The notes beneath the pieces were generated by a model. It was not told the DNA's origin. It ran no database searches and worked only from the letters and a program-made list of their open reading frames with translations. Positions 1 through 13,579 of a stretch of 64,000 nucleotides of DNA are shown piece by piece. Every line of letters begins with the position of its first letter. Position 1 is the first letter of the stretch. Both the position numbers and the translations under genes were made by a program. Source of the DNA: Marsupella aquatica. Its lineage: Eukaryota; Plantae; Marchantiophyta. Location: NCBI GenBank assembly GCA_973895155.1, contig OZ316896.1, forward strand, positions 12,442,549-12,506,548, written 5' to 3'.

Positions 1-309
1 CAAGTACTCTCTTAGCTCTCGAACCACTTGATCTCTTTGATCCTTGTTCTGCATTTCCGCAATTGCAGCCCCTGTGAACTTCGTATTCGCAGGGTTGAGT
101 ACCATCTTCACTCCCAGCACCGTCCCAAACTGCCCCAATGCCGACCTTACAGTGGCGTGCGTGACGTTGGAGGCCAAATTATCAAGTACGACGCATCGCT
201 CAGCCAAATTCTCAAAACATGTCGTTCTCTGTTCCTCGCTCATGGGCCGCCGTTCGTCATCCCAACTCAACCGATCGGATCGCCAATCCCACCAAGAGTC
301 TTTTCCCAT
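1..309 (-). CDS. AIPP1: RRM-domain RNA-binding protein, AIPP1/EDM3-like (5' part; runs off the window edge)
   Basis: ATG at 309 opens a stop-free frame to position 1 that the ORF track omits: MGKDSWWDW...ERCVVLDNLASNVTHATVRSALGQFGTVLGVKMVLNPANTKFTGAAIAEMQNKDQRDQVVRELREYL. The RNP2-like VVLDNL, the ALGQFGTV segment and the A-I-A-E-M strand match the plant AIPP1-type RRM as I recall it. Confidence 0.65.
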   Translation of the reverse strand, partial: MGKDSWWDWRSDRLSWDDERRPMSEEQRTTCFENLAERCVVLDNLASNVTHATVRSALGQFGTVLGVKMVLNPANTKFTGAAIAEMQNKDQRDQVVRELREYL

Positions 310-1575
310 TCTGCTCTGCACTTCACTTTGTCATGATACGATCCTTCTATAGAACCAAAAATCGAGTTTCCTATTTCGAGGAAATTACATACAAAACCTA
401 TCAGTGATCTATTAAGTGCTTGCGCAGCTCGTTGCTAGCTCAAGCGCGGGGTAATTAGGAAAAATCCGTCCACTACGTACATTAGTCTGTAATCAGGTCC
501 TCAATACCGTACGTGAAATGAAGTTCAAACCAGAAGAGCAGTACATCATCCTCGGAGCACCCTAAGGATGAAATAACCGCGAAGAAAAAGCAATTCGCCA
601 TGACAAATGTCACGTTCGGGCACGTCATTACACTATGTAGAAGGGTTGCACTTTCCACTTGGAAAGTTTTTCAAGGTGAAGACTGGAGAGGTCGCCAGTC
701 CACAAATGATAACGAGATATTGAAGATGATGGAGGAAGTATATTCGAGTAAGACGAATTTTAGGCATACAGTAATATTTGTTGTTCACCATGCAAGGGTA
801 ACGAGACAACAATGAAGATGATCATCCACAGATTAGAATCGAAATACCAGTGCACAAACCCTAACTTCCCGGACAATTTCGTTATGGTGCGATCAACTCC
901 ATTCAGCTACGCAATCTATCTATTAGTCAAGAAATCTCTTCAGCTTCAAAGGCTTTAACTCTCGGTCTTAAGTGTGAAAGACGCATTTACTTTTTCTTCG
1001 ACAACGCCAGAAGCGAAGCCATGCCAGATTTCCTGGGCAACCCAAACTCAACACATTATTTTTGAAAGCGGATCGACCCATAAATTTCTTTCTCACCGCG
1101 AATTGGTCTTCCCCCCGGGGCCGCTTGCGCGACGGATCCTGTTGCATCATCTCCCCCGTCCTTCCTTCTCCTCAAATGTGATGAATCGAAAGTTGTCGTT
1201 GTCGTTGTCGTCGTCGTCGTCTTCGTGGTTGCAAAATCCCCAATCTCCAAGCTTCCTCAAACATCATCCCTCGATAGTTTGCTTCTGTTCTTCGCCCATT
1301 CCATTCCATACCCCCACAAATAATCATTACCTCGATTCCATAACTCCATCACTCTTGCCTCGCCATTGCCATTGCTCTCGCTCCGGACTACATGGTTGGC
1401 AAATGTACAAGTAGGCAAAGGGAGATGAGGGCGAGAGAGCATATTGATCGAGCGCATCGACTGCATAGTTGTACCATAGTTCCCTCCTTTACTATGGTCG
1501 GGTGCCGACTCCCCCCACTCTACTAGCGAAGTGCCGCCCCAGCTAAGAGAGGACCTTGCGAAAATAGTAATTACT

Positions 1576-2728
1576 GACCCCATTAGAGGTCCTTTCCAAA
1601 ATTCCTGGTTCCACAGCGCGCCACATCATCATGGCACGCCACAAACAAAAAGTGACTTGTTTTTGGATAAAATTTACTTTTGCATTCGTGTTTGTGGTAA
1701 CTTTACTGTAAAAATTGGGACGCCATGCCATAAAAAAGAATGTAAAAAATTTGAAATGTAAATCAGAGACAAAAAAATTGAGGTAAAACTACTCCCAGTA
1801 ACAATTTTATTTGCATTTTGATTTTATTCAAAACATAAACATTTTCCCGACAACAATTTTAGATTTGACATTGTTGAGTCATATCATAATGAAAATTCAC
1901 GTATAATATGACGTTGAAAAGATCTTGAAGAGACGGCCCTGATGAGCTCAACATTGTCACCATCCGATAAGAATTGAGTAAGTAGTTTGAAAAATAGATT
2001 TTACCCGTGATTCATAATCTCTAATGTGAATAGAAATCTTTGAATGTTATACAAGCCCTGAAATGTTGACCCCTTCCATGAGAATGAACCTGAAATTGAT
2101 AGATATTATCGAGTACCAAGGAGATTATGAATTTTAGAATTTTTAAAACTTTTTAATGAACTTAGCATTGATAGATTGAGTTGAGTTCTAAGGAGATTAT
2201 AAGTTTCCGATGTTCTCTAGCTTTCTAATGAGTGTGACATTGGGGGATTTTATCAAGTACTAAAGTGGTCATGAGTTTCTAAATTTCTCTAGCTTTCGAT
2301 CGATTCTGAATTCCACAATTGGAAATTTGTTCCATGAAACTTTTGTCTTAAACAATTATGTGAAGTTAGTGATTTGATGACACCGATGACTTCTATCTCT
2401 TTGTCAATCTGCGTGTAGGAATTGAAAATTGATTACTTTCGATGCAACTTGAGTGCATCCAGCATCCCTTTGGTATCGTGGAGGAAATCGTCAAGCACCA
2501 TTTTGCTGAAGTGGGCAATTAAGCTATCCACACATTAAACAGCAGTTCACATTGCATCTGGTTTTGTTGATTGGTGTTAATAATGGTTGCTTTGGTAAGT
2601 TTGACAATTGTTTCAAGTGTCAAACATTGACTTGTCCATTTTTGAATTTGTTTTCTTTAGATTTGGAGGTCCATCTAGGCTTCAGTGTCTAGATAACTGA
2701 CTCTAAAATAACATGGGGGTCTACGGAT
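1576..2728 (+). mobile_element. Non-autonomous repeat family, copy 1 (GACCCC(C)A...TGGGGGTC ends, conserved ~200-bp left arm, internal ~60-bp satellite)
   Basis: The left arm (GGTCCTTTCCAAAATTC...GGGACGCCATGCCATAAAAA) is homologous to 59191-59420 (+) and ~58430-58640 (-). The right end ATGGGGGTCTACGGATTAATT matches 60610-60630 and the reverse complement of 57271-57290. Confidence 0.55.
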
Positions 2729-5419
2729 TAATTACTTTCACACCAAATATGTTTCAATTTGAGATATCTTACTCCTATAAAGCCCTATCCCGCCAAAAAG
2801 TGGTGGGTAGTCAGTTTACAAATTCACTTTTGGAGGGAAGATTCCATAACCATTGTATTTAAAAGCTCTTTTATCCTAGCCTTTTATTTGTCAAAAAAAT
2901 AATCTATCTAATCCAAAAGCAAACAAGACAGTATTTTTATACACAGAGATTCCCACGAAGGGCATGATAACATATGCTTTATACCATGCGTTAAATCTAC
3001 ATCAGACGTTATCTTTGCCCCCATCTTTGTCTTTTGTCACCCTTATTTTACTCTACTGGTAATCGCACATCAAAATGTGGTAATATTTAGTGCACTCATT
3101 GATTTAAAGAAACTAACAAGGTTTATCATGGCATGGAGTAATGTCATACTTTGTATATGTCATATTTTGATGTGTAGTTCCAGAGACTCTCTTCATTTTA
3201 AATTTGTCCTTATTGAAGTCTCATTATCAGTTTTGTTTGTATTGGGAACTAGGGTCTAGAGTCTTCACTCTATACCACAAGCCTCAAAAGTAGTTTCCCT
3301 TAGCAAATAATTAGTACTATTTTTTCATATAATGGTGGCGTCGTGATTTTTATTTGCTAACATTGTGGTCACATTAGTGACAACTCATCACCATTGCACA
3401 GTTTGGTCCCATTTAGGTCCCAGGAATTATTTGTCTCCCCTCCCCCCCCCCCCCCCCCCCCCAACATAGGACCATGGCAATAATATGGAGCAATTTTTAG
3501 GCATCCTGGCTTTAGTCTCAATCATATGGAACAGTTGTCATTATCCTTCTTTTCCTAATATTGAGGTCACATTTGTGACAATGTATCACCATTGCACAAT
3601 TTGGTCACACTTTGGTTGCAGGAATGATCATTAAGAAACTTTTTGGGTCCTAATTTTTTGGGTCCTGTGTGACAGAGAACATATCTAAACTCAAACAACC
3701 TTTTTTCCAATTCAGCACCAGAGCATTGTGTTTGAGTTTTGGAACTTAAAGCCAGGATGGACTGGCAGGTTGTCCATGAAGCCCCCATGGATAAATGAAA
3801 CTTGGATGGACTGGACTAAAACATATAAATATGCATGGATACTAGTGTTTACTTTTCTGTCCATATAAAACAGTGTCACTGACCAAAGCATCACTTCTGT
3901 CCAAATATTTACCCTGTCACTAACTCTGTCCTCACTCATGTCTTAAAGATATTTTGTCAGAGGCCAGAGCACTTTAATTGAAGGCTTCGCTCCATTCCCC
4001 TAATAGAGTTCAATAAAAATATAAGGTATATTTAGGTCCTCATATAAATACTTGATTTGGCCTCCATGGTTTATGAAACTTTGGGTATGAGTGCTTCACA
4101 TTTTACTCATAGTGCCTCTAGTAATTTGCTCAATGGTAAAATGCCAAATGAACTTAATTTACTCACAACTATTTTTTAATGTTTATAAGCCCCGTTAAAA
4201 AGGAAGCACGTAACACAATGACTCATTAACCAAAGGAACAATTCTCACCAAAGAGGCTATTGGGCAAAATCTAATGCCCAAATAACCTCAAGTTTTACAA
4301 TGGATTCATATTTTTCTACACCTTTTTAAAAGATTCTAGGGCATTGACACTTTGCGGAATGACTATACTACTTTCACAAATGTTTTTACATAATCTTGTA
4401 TTTTATATAACATTGCTCTTGTTACCGGGATTGAAGAAAGTTTTTCATTGTGGAGGTAAAGGAAATTTTAATTTCCATAAGCAGTTGATGAATACTATTT
4501 TTGACAGACCATTGTTCTTGTTGTAAATAATGTTTTGACTAATTTATTGCTATAGTGCTACTTGAGATTTTTTGGGGGAGTATTGTTAATGAATCCTATA
4601 TTTTAGAGAGCGCTGCTCTTGTTACAAGGAGCACTTCGAGTACTTTGCCGTGGCGGAGATGCGGAAAATTTTTAATGTGTGTTTTCATTCCATTTCCTTG
4701 ACATTCTCAATTTGACTTTGAGGTGAACACATAATGTTCTTAGAGGGACAAAAATGTAGATAAACAATTAATGAGATAATTTTTCATAATTAGGTGTAAA
4801 ATGATCTGTCCCCTGTCACAGTCCATGGGGATAGATGGGGAGAAAGTAGCAGTCCATCCGGGCTTTTGTTTCTTGAGTTTTGACTCTAAATTGTTATACA
4901 TTGTACACAAACATAAAAATTTCATAAATCATATGACTTTCAATATTCAAACACATTGTCATTTTGAGCATAACACCTTACAATATTATTGGTGAAAATT
5001 CATAATCAAAACTTAAATCATCCTGGGAAAATTATTAGAAAAGCTGTACATAGTGCACTGTATCAATACAAGGTCATGATGGCATTGTGTTTTGGGGAAG
5101 TGCGTAAGCTTTTTAAATACATAGCCACTAAAGATGCTTGAATTTAAAATACTGGGTCACATTTTTATTTTTTTAGAAAAATGTCACTTTTTTTTTGTAT
5201 TTGCAAAAATGCCACATGATTTTTTTCTTACAAAAACTCCACATGGAATATGTGTTACCTTGTGAATTTGTCATTTACAAGTATAAACCCTAAACCCTAA
5301 ACTCATCTTTTTTCATCATTGGTCCCAATACAAAGAAGTTCCGGGATATAAAGATTCAATTACATTGATTGTTTTCACTAACCACTGATGAAAGATCCAT
5401 AGTAGTTTATTTACATTAA

Positions 5420-5790
5420 TTGTTTTCCCTAACCAGTGATCGAGAAAATGGACACCCCTGACACATGTGTTTCCCCATAAATGCCCTTCCATTGCTTGTT
5501 TTTCCTAACCAGTGATGGAGAAAATGAACACCCCTGGGGCGTATGTGCTTCCCTATAAATGCCCCTACCCACTCTATGGGGCAGCCCTCAAAGCTCCTGG
5601 ATAGAAAAGATCCAAAGATCCACATTCCCTATAAATGCCCCTACCCACTCTATGGGCAAAGCTCCTGGATAGAAAAGATCCACAGCCATAGGATTGGTCG
5701 AGATCCACATCCACAGCCATAGGATTGGTCGTCCCTAACCATTGATGGAAAAAAAGATACCCCTAGAGCATATGTGATTCCACATAAATG
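5420..5790. repeat. Degenerate tandem-repeat patch (ATAAATGCCCCTACCCACTCTATGGG, CTCCTGGATAGAAAAGATCC and CACAGCCATAGGATTGGTCG units, each duplicated)
   Basis: Direct duplications are visible by eye; probably the interior of a transposon. Confidence 0.6.
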
Positions 5791-7425
5791 CACTTGAATA
5801 TGGGCGGTGGAACACAAGGGCATAGGGCTCATCATAGGGCCCTAACCTATGCCCTTGTAAATTTACATCTTTAGTGATAGTCCTTAAAGCTGATAATCAT
5901 AATCATAATCATATATCACATTTGAGCTCATTGATTTCCAGGATTGGCTTATTTGATTCGGCCCAGCTACCTTCCGAGGGTGAAATTTCAGTGGCAACTG
6001 GCAAGTGGGCAAAACATCGAACTGACTCTCTCCGGGTATTCGTCCATGTGGTCATAATATTTACTTATGCCTACCCACGGATACATATTAAAGGTTTCAG
6101 GTCCCAAAGTCACAAGATCCAGAAAAAACAGAAAGGTCCACCGCAGTGGCACTTGCCCTCAAGCTCAACATAAAGAACAATTGAGTACAACAAACGGACA
6201 ACATGCGTTGCCTATGCACGAAAAAAGAACGATGAGACTTTCGTAGAGACATGAATTACATATATTCATGAATCTCTGCCTCGATACTGCGACGTCACAT
6301 CGCAGACCTCCCTCCTGCGGTCCTGTAAGCCTGATAGAGTGGGCCCTTCTCACACAGAACTCAAATACATATCCAGCAAGTTTCACATTAACGAGATATA
6401 CGAGGACAGAATTGCTCATTGCTATGGAAGCCAAGACGGTAATGGTGAACCGAACCGGTGGACGAAAAATCAACCAATCTTGACCAAACATATTTCAACT
6501 AGGGGAGGATTGATCTATCATAAACGACAACGCCACCTACTCAATGTGTACCCATGAAGACCCCACACAAAATTAGCATTCAGGTCAAAACTTCTTCCCT
6601 CCAAATTAAGAGGGACATTAGATAAATGTTACACCCATATACAATAGATATCAGATATGGTCATTCCGGCGGCACTTGACACCTTGCTGCCACCTGTGAT
6701 GAGGTTCAACACCTAGATTACTCTGAGAATCTTGATACTATAAGTTGCGGAGGTCATAATCTACCCTTGGGAACGTGAAAACCTGACCTCACATAGTGCA
6801 ACTCTCTTCAGCAGAAGGCTAACAAATGGAGAGCTCCAAGACTCTACAAAGATAACCAGTCCACCCTGTACCTTCGAACCCTATTTCAGCATATATGCAC
6901 ATGGTGGAGTACATGAGGGGGAAGCTTGTCAGATCCAGCCCCTATCGACAAAATATTTCTGGGGGCCTTCGTCACCACGGCTGCTAGCTCATAATTACAT
7001 TGTATAGTGCCCACTCTCCGACCTACTTGAAACAAGTGCCAGACTCTCACAGGGTCCCGAAGCATGCTACCAAGTCTCAACATTTAATCACACACTACCC
7101 TGACCAGTTAAAAATGTTACCAAGTATACATCGGGTTCACCTCTATATTGACTTGGCTAAAATCAAGGGGATACCTGCATTCCCACTATGTCAGCGACTG
7201 GTGTCGCGGCAATCACTGTCTGCACTCTATGTCCGTGATAAACGACCTGCAAAGGTTTTGTTGATCACAGTTTCGAGTCAAAAAATCCAACTTGGGGCTG
7301 CTCGTCAGGATCGTCGATTGCACGCAGAATGCAGGAATGTTACAGAAGAAGCTCTGGTAAATGAGAGTGATCCCAACTACCGAAAAAGCAGGGCAAATCA
7401 CTGAGATGAAGTTTGTTATGCCCCT

Positions 7426-10400
7426 TCAATCCGCCACCTCAACACTTGGATCGTATACAGGTTGCCGAACAAATTGACCTCGCACACGTGGCCTCTGCTC
7501 TGCAAGTCTTTTTCGACTCTGATATCGCACCTGCAAAAGGAAATTAATGCCACTTGTTAGAGGAGGCAGTCAGAGGAGGCACAACTTGATGTGAACCGAC
7601 GTAACCTGTAAAGAAACTAGCCCACTCAAATTGAAACATAGCAATCGGGCTGACCTTCTTTTCAAAACATCGATCCTTCCTCTTTTGCCTGAACTTGTTA
7701 AGGGCAGCTTCTCTTCGATTGAACCGACTTTGCTCGTGATTATTGACAGCACAATGAGGAGGTCCAGCAGAAGCGTTTCCGTGGATAACAGCACCGTCGG
7801 CCACATTCTCTGCAGGATTGACGGCTGCACTACTGTGTCCATGTTGGTTGTACATATTATTACTGCCTGACCCACTACCATTGACACTTCCATTGCCATT
7901 GCCGGTACTTCCATACCCATTACTACTCCCACTCTGCCAAGTGTTTCCATCTGCCATGTTTGATGAACCACACCCGGGAGCTCCAGATGCCTGGTTTATC
8001 ACAACCTGGTCATCTTGTTGAGATTGCGCAGAAGGTTGACCAAGACGGGTATGGGCCTGCTGTTGTTGATGGTGTGACGAATGATGGAGACCCTGCTGTT
8101 GTTGTTGTTGTTGTTGTTGGTGGTGATGATGTGACGAATGATGAGCAGTGTGTGAACCGGGGTCATGACCATGAGGATGATAAAACACTTGCCCTCGGTC
8201 GGACAAGTGCGTACCTGCGGTGGCCCATGGAGGTGCACCAGAGTAATAAACTTGATGCATCGCCTGTCCATGTCCATATCCCGTGGGCACGCTCTCGTAA
8301 ATCATTCCCCGAGGAGGGAGGGGATTAGAGATAGGACGACCTTGGCCGGACATAGGGGAGACTGAGACAGCCTCATCCTTTACTTGCTGAGAGTAACTTT
8401 CAGGAATGGAAGAGCCGACCCTAGAAGACCCCAAATCTTGACCTTTTCCCTTGTGGGATGCTCTCGGATGAATTGCCTGAGGGTTAGAAGGCCCCTCTCC
8501 GCTACCTTTTGAAGACCCTGCTCGGTCCATGGGCATCGAGAAGTACGCTTGCCCATTACTGCCAGACCCGAGTTGATCAGTCGCCGGAGAAAGCGAATGT
8601 GTCCCATACGCAGCTCCAGCAGGATACCCAGAGAGCGAGAGAGGGGTGCCGCCCGGTATTTGCTGTATCGTTGTACCGTTCGTGCTATACCTGGAATGAA
8701 GAAAACGGATGGTCAGCAACCTTCCAGAATCTGATAATTCTTTGCTCAAGTTGTGCAATCAAATGCAAACTTTTGGAACCATTCTAACAATTGATATCGT
8801 GTGCCGGATGAAGAAAACAGCTTCGAAAGATCTAATAATATGAAGCGCACCAAACAGGCACCTCAATCTGATCAGGACGAATGATCCGCTGGCCAATTAC
8901 ACGAAACAGTACCTCGAAAACGCAGAGCCACCGGAATGCCGGAGAACCCGTTTCTCGTTGCCGTCATCGTCACCGGCAGCACGCGGTCGTTTCAACGATA
9001 GTTCCAGCAGCGGAGGGGAATTCGAGCTTGTCACACACTTGTCGTTCGCAGGACTGTTACTTGCTCCTCTGTCCGAACCTTCCGCCCCTTCACCGCTCTC
9101 GACTCCGTCATCAACATCCTCGTTGTTTTGAAAAGTAATCCCACCGATTAAGTCGATCGCTTCTCCTGCATCGGAATTGCTCCTCTTGTTATCGCTGTTG
9201 CCACTTCTTAAAGGCGAGTCGTCTTGTCTAGCTTCGGCAGCGGCTTGATTGTCGACTTTGGGGGATTGCTCCATGTCCAGAGAAGAGGACCTTCGAGTGG
9301 CCATCTCCAGGTCCTGACCCATTTGATTATCTGTACATGAGACAGAGTACTAAGAGTGGGCACAAAGAAGGAACAGGCCGGCACTAACGAAATTGAGCAG
9401 AACCATCGTAGATGAAGTACGAATATCAAAGTCGATTATCGGAGCATCACAACCCAATGGAGTATACTTGACTAATTGCGAAGGTCAGGCCAGGAACCCT
9501 TTCCAACCTCGAAACCAACCCAGTGACACAGAATCAGATGAATCAACCTGGTACGAGAAAGATGGCGGCCAAGTAAAGGATCAGTAGATAAGGACTTACC
9601 AGACTCCTTTTGCAAAGAGGTAGCCTGACTCTCCTTGACGTCAGGTTTATCTCTCTTTTGCTTATGAAAACCGTGAACAACAGCCTGTACAACGCACGAT
9701 CAAGTTACGGTGCTTGTTAGATGCCCGTCGAGCTTCATATGCCACTAGACATACTAGATCAGAAAATCGCATGCAAGACGACCCGGTGCATATTCTCATC
9801 GCCAGATTCTTCCAGAATCGAGTTAAGCGTCTGCACAAGTAAAATCCACCTATCTCACTGAGAGCTCACGTGAGCTGTGCTAAGTGCATGGAGACCTTTC
9901 CCAAAATTTCTAATGGATGAGCAGAAGGCAGATAACAGAATCAGACACTGAAACTCACTTGTGTGCCACTGCCATTATCACTCCCACCCCGCACGTTCAA
10001 ACCACTGCTGTTATCGTCGCTGCCATCGTTACTGCCAGTGTTGTTGCCCGATCCGACTTTGCTCTTCTGGCGCCCAACTTTCACCCCGTTACCACTGCCA
10101 CTTCCTCCACTACCGCTGCCGCATGACTGAACAGACACAACAGCACAATCGTGGAATAAGAGATCCATCAACCACCTTCTTGTCCGTAATCATTACTCAC
10201 TACGAGTCTACGCCACTGACAATTAAAGTTTCGCTAGACAGATAGAGATCATGGATACGTAAATGTTCAAAGGTACAACCCCTTGTGGCAGCAAGAGGGA
10301 TACTTACGCTTTGGCACCTCCACACATGCTGCCACAAATTTTTGAGCTCGTTCTTCCGGACAGGCTTCACGAGGAAATCGGCGGCTCCCTTCGATAGACA

Positions 10401-12094
10401 TCTAAACACTATGTCGAGAGAGTCGTGGGAGGACATCACTGCAAGCAATGGATCCCGGTCAATACCTTCAACAGCTGCGTTGCAAGTATTATACCAAGAC
10501 ACAAGCGCGCAAGAATCACGCCAACCTCCACATTCAATACTCACGAACCCCTCAGGATTGTAGGAGCTACTCCACAAGATCGCTGCGACTACCTAGCGAG
10601 GGATCTATGAACTCAAGCCAACCCAAAACCTCCATTTCTACAGAGAACCAGAGCATGCAGGGTGGCCAGGAGCTTACTAATGACGGGGATCCTTTTCGCC
10701 GATTCGTTACTCATAATCTTGGATAGTAAGCCGACACCAGAAAGGCAAGGCATCACGACGTCAGTTAAGACCAAATCGAAGTGGTTGTTGGGATCCTCCA
10801 ACATCTCCCAAGCTTGCATCCCATTTGCAACTGCTGAAACTGCAATAATTCCACCAAATCGAGAACACATCAGAACTTGGACATCACAGGATTGCATTCC
10901 ACTTGCAACTAATCGAGTGCAATTCCAGATACGTCAGTTCCTGAGAAACCAGATCCACTCTGTTTCAACCCAGAACACATGGAGTCAGCGTACGGGCATC
11001 GGACGTGGACCAAGGGACCATCTCGTAATATATCGCCGGACAAGCAATCAGCAAACAGCTATCACACCGCGTTGCAAACAGAAATGCAAGACAGCCCGCT
11101 AGGCAAACGGTAAAAACTGGTCTAACAGTACCAAGGTGAGGACCTCGCTACCAAGAAACGAAAGTGGCACTTCGCATGGACACATGCCTCAAAATTAAAA
11201 GAGGAACCTTCCCGCTGAAAGACCCTTCACTTCGGAAGCTGGATACCAACCACATGAGAACAGGCCACAATGCTAAGCAAGTACGAAGCAAAGCCTGTAA
11301 CCCAGGAACCGGCTGTCTGACTTCGGGTCCTGCCAGGGCACCGAGACAGTTTGGAGCAAAACGGGGACAAGGGTAAACAGAGGACCGGAACAGTATCTCT
11401 GAAGGCTCCAGTAAGGAAACCAAGACATACCTTCATAACTGCAGTTGCGGAGAAGCGCGCAAACGACTTGCCTCGTGGAATCATCGTCTTCTGCTAGCAA
11501 CACCTTGATATTACTCCGTGGGAGGAAGCTCTCCCAGCCAACAGGGGAAACGGGGCTCTGGGCTGGTGGCTGGGTGTTATCTTGCTTTGGCTCCTTTCGC
11601 TGCTGAGGTAACTGTTGTGCTGCAGAGGTTTGTTGCTTATGTTGTTGCTGCTGATCCTGCTGTTGCTGCTTACGGCTAGGCTCTGACAGCACTTCAACGA
11701 CGGGCCCATCGCCCTCAACCATATCGTCCTCCGGCTCCTCGTCTCCGTATCCCTCGGACGAAAGTGCTTCGACCTTCCTACTCTCTTTAGACGGTAACCT
11801 CGCCTCACGTTGCATGCCATGAACGGAAGCATCGTGCTTAACCGATCCCGGGCGACCTTTCAAGGCATCCTTAAAACCTGTCGTTAGATCTGCAGTTCCT
11901 CTGTTATCTTTCTCAGAATCCACCACATCTCGTCCCTGCTCTCCCAATTCTATCTCCATGGCCTCCTTCCAGTGCCCGCCCTTGAAATGGTCCCGTTGCG
12001 GAGGCCCCACATCGAAGTCAACTTGGAACCTCTTTTCGGTAGGAGCTTTCAGTGGCCTGGACTCGGTCTCGCCCTCGCTCAAATCTGCAGTCAT
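7426..12094 (-). CDS. PRR: Circadian-clock pseudo-response regulator, PRR7/PRR3-like (receiver domain, EAR-like motif, CCT domain), ~920-940 aa
   Basis: Phase-consistent GT-AG exons: 12094-11431, 10839-10678, 10438-10308, 10126-9959, (9830-9783 optional, weak donor), 9684-9600, 9330-8913, 8690-7655, 7530-7426. Receiver: [26 protein letters not shown]...[14 protein letters not shown]...[21 protein letters not shown]. Also LELSLKR and [13 protein letters not shown]: [43 protein letters not shown]. Confidence 0.95.
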
Positions 12095-13338
12095 CAGAAA
12101 ACTGAATGGACGCCTCTACGGGAAGTAGAAAACTACCAGCTGATACTTAGCTGAACAGGAAGAAAAGTTGCAGCTACCCTGTCGAACCCTGTCCAACACT
12201 AAACCGATATCGAGGAACTCCTCTTGAACTGCGTCGCGTTTCTCGGGACATCCGCTACCGCTCTGATCCCGCCCAATCTCAGTCCCAGACCAACCCAGAA
12301 CACTTCGAAGTGGAGGCGTCAAGCTTTACGAACCTTCTAACCTCCCGTGGCGGATAATTTCGTCCCGAGTGCAGATGAAGCAGGGGCTCGACGGTAGTCC
12401 TAGAGGGTACCCGTCGATTTCAATGGTGTTCGTGTTCACGACTGCTCACTACCCCCAACAAACTCGAAGAAGAACCGTTCAGACTTTGGCCTTGAAATAA
12501 CCTGCAGGAGCGACACGCCTACGATGGGCGGAGAGTCGCTGAAGTCCGAGACGAACGACAAAACTACAATGACCTCCACACCAGACTGAGCTCGGTCAAA
12601 TCAATCGACTTCCACGGCAGAACTCATCAACCACACAACTCGCATGCATTCGCCGTAGAACTTGTCACAGCCAACAAAGCTTGTACAACCCTTTGCAAGC
12701 CAAATCCCTCCAACCGAAACACCAAATCCTTCTCCACTAGTCAATCAACCGACAACAGTCACGGAAACCGCCGATTCCACCACACGCCGGACGAGGCGAA
12801 CACTCGAAGTCGATCCAAACCCGCGAAAAGAACGAAACCAAGACGATCAAGAAGGCGCCGAGCCCGGCTGCAACATCAAGTTTCTTCGACAAATCTTCCG
12901 CGTACAATCGTCAACACTCTAGCTACCTCTACCACCACTACTCCACCACCGTCAAGACGAGTTCGGCTCACGACAACAAGTTTCGTCAACACATCTTCCG
13001 AATACAATCAATCAAAGACCGGCGCATGAAGCATTCCTTCGCTTGAACAGTCACACCGGCGTCGTTGCCTCAGAGAGATGGAGAGGGAGGAATCGAGGAG
13101 AAGAGAGCAGAGGAAAATCGAAGCGGAACCGTCAATGTCGTGAGGCAAGCAACCTCTCGTGCGGCGTCAGGGTGTGAATCATCGATGTTGAATATGTGTA
13201 AATCGTCTACTCCAAGGGCAGAGGTTGCGGGAGGGCCTGAGGCGCCAGGGAGGCAGGGGACTAGGGAAGTCACGGACGGGAGCGAGCCACGGAGGCTTGG
13301 CGGAAATAGATCGGCCGTGGACCTAATCCAGCGCTCTC

Positions 13339-13579
13339 ATTGGTCCAGAAGCGTTCAACTCTGGTAAAATCTGCCACTGGCAAACCTTAACAGACGCCAT
13401 GACTGGCCGGACCCCTAATATCATTCTACTTTCCCCCTCGCCAAATCGATTTCGTGGCTCTCAGCACCCGGCACACCTCAGTCTTGCCTCCCAGCCCTCC
13501 GTTCGGAGCCACGCCAGCATTTCCTACCATATGCTGCCTTCTCATTGGCCCGAAGCTCACGTACCAGCTAAAGATTTTT
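13339..13579 (-). promoter_or_regulatory. Putative PRR proximal promoter with a CCA1/LHY-type site and CCAAT boxes
   Basis: AAAAATCT on the minus strand at 13572-13579, AAAATCT at 13366-13372, and CCAAT (minus) at ~13339 and ~13544. These lie upstream of a CT-rich leader (~13070-13115 on minus). The TSS is not known. Confidence 0.4.

Noticed and set aside
968-1583. Short ORFs around the (GTC/GTT)n tract
   Set aside because: No recognisable domain or consistent splice model; possibly the leader or promoter of the RRM gene.
1568-2736. TAATTACT direct repeat as an 8-bp TSD for repeat copy 1
   Set aside because: A similar ATTAATT tract follows the other copies too, so it may belong to the element or be chance in AT-rich DNA.
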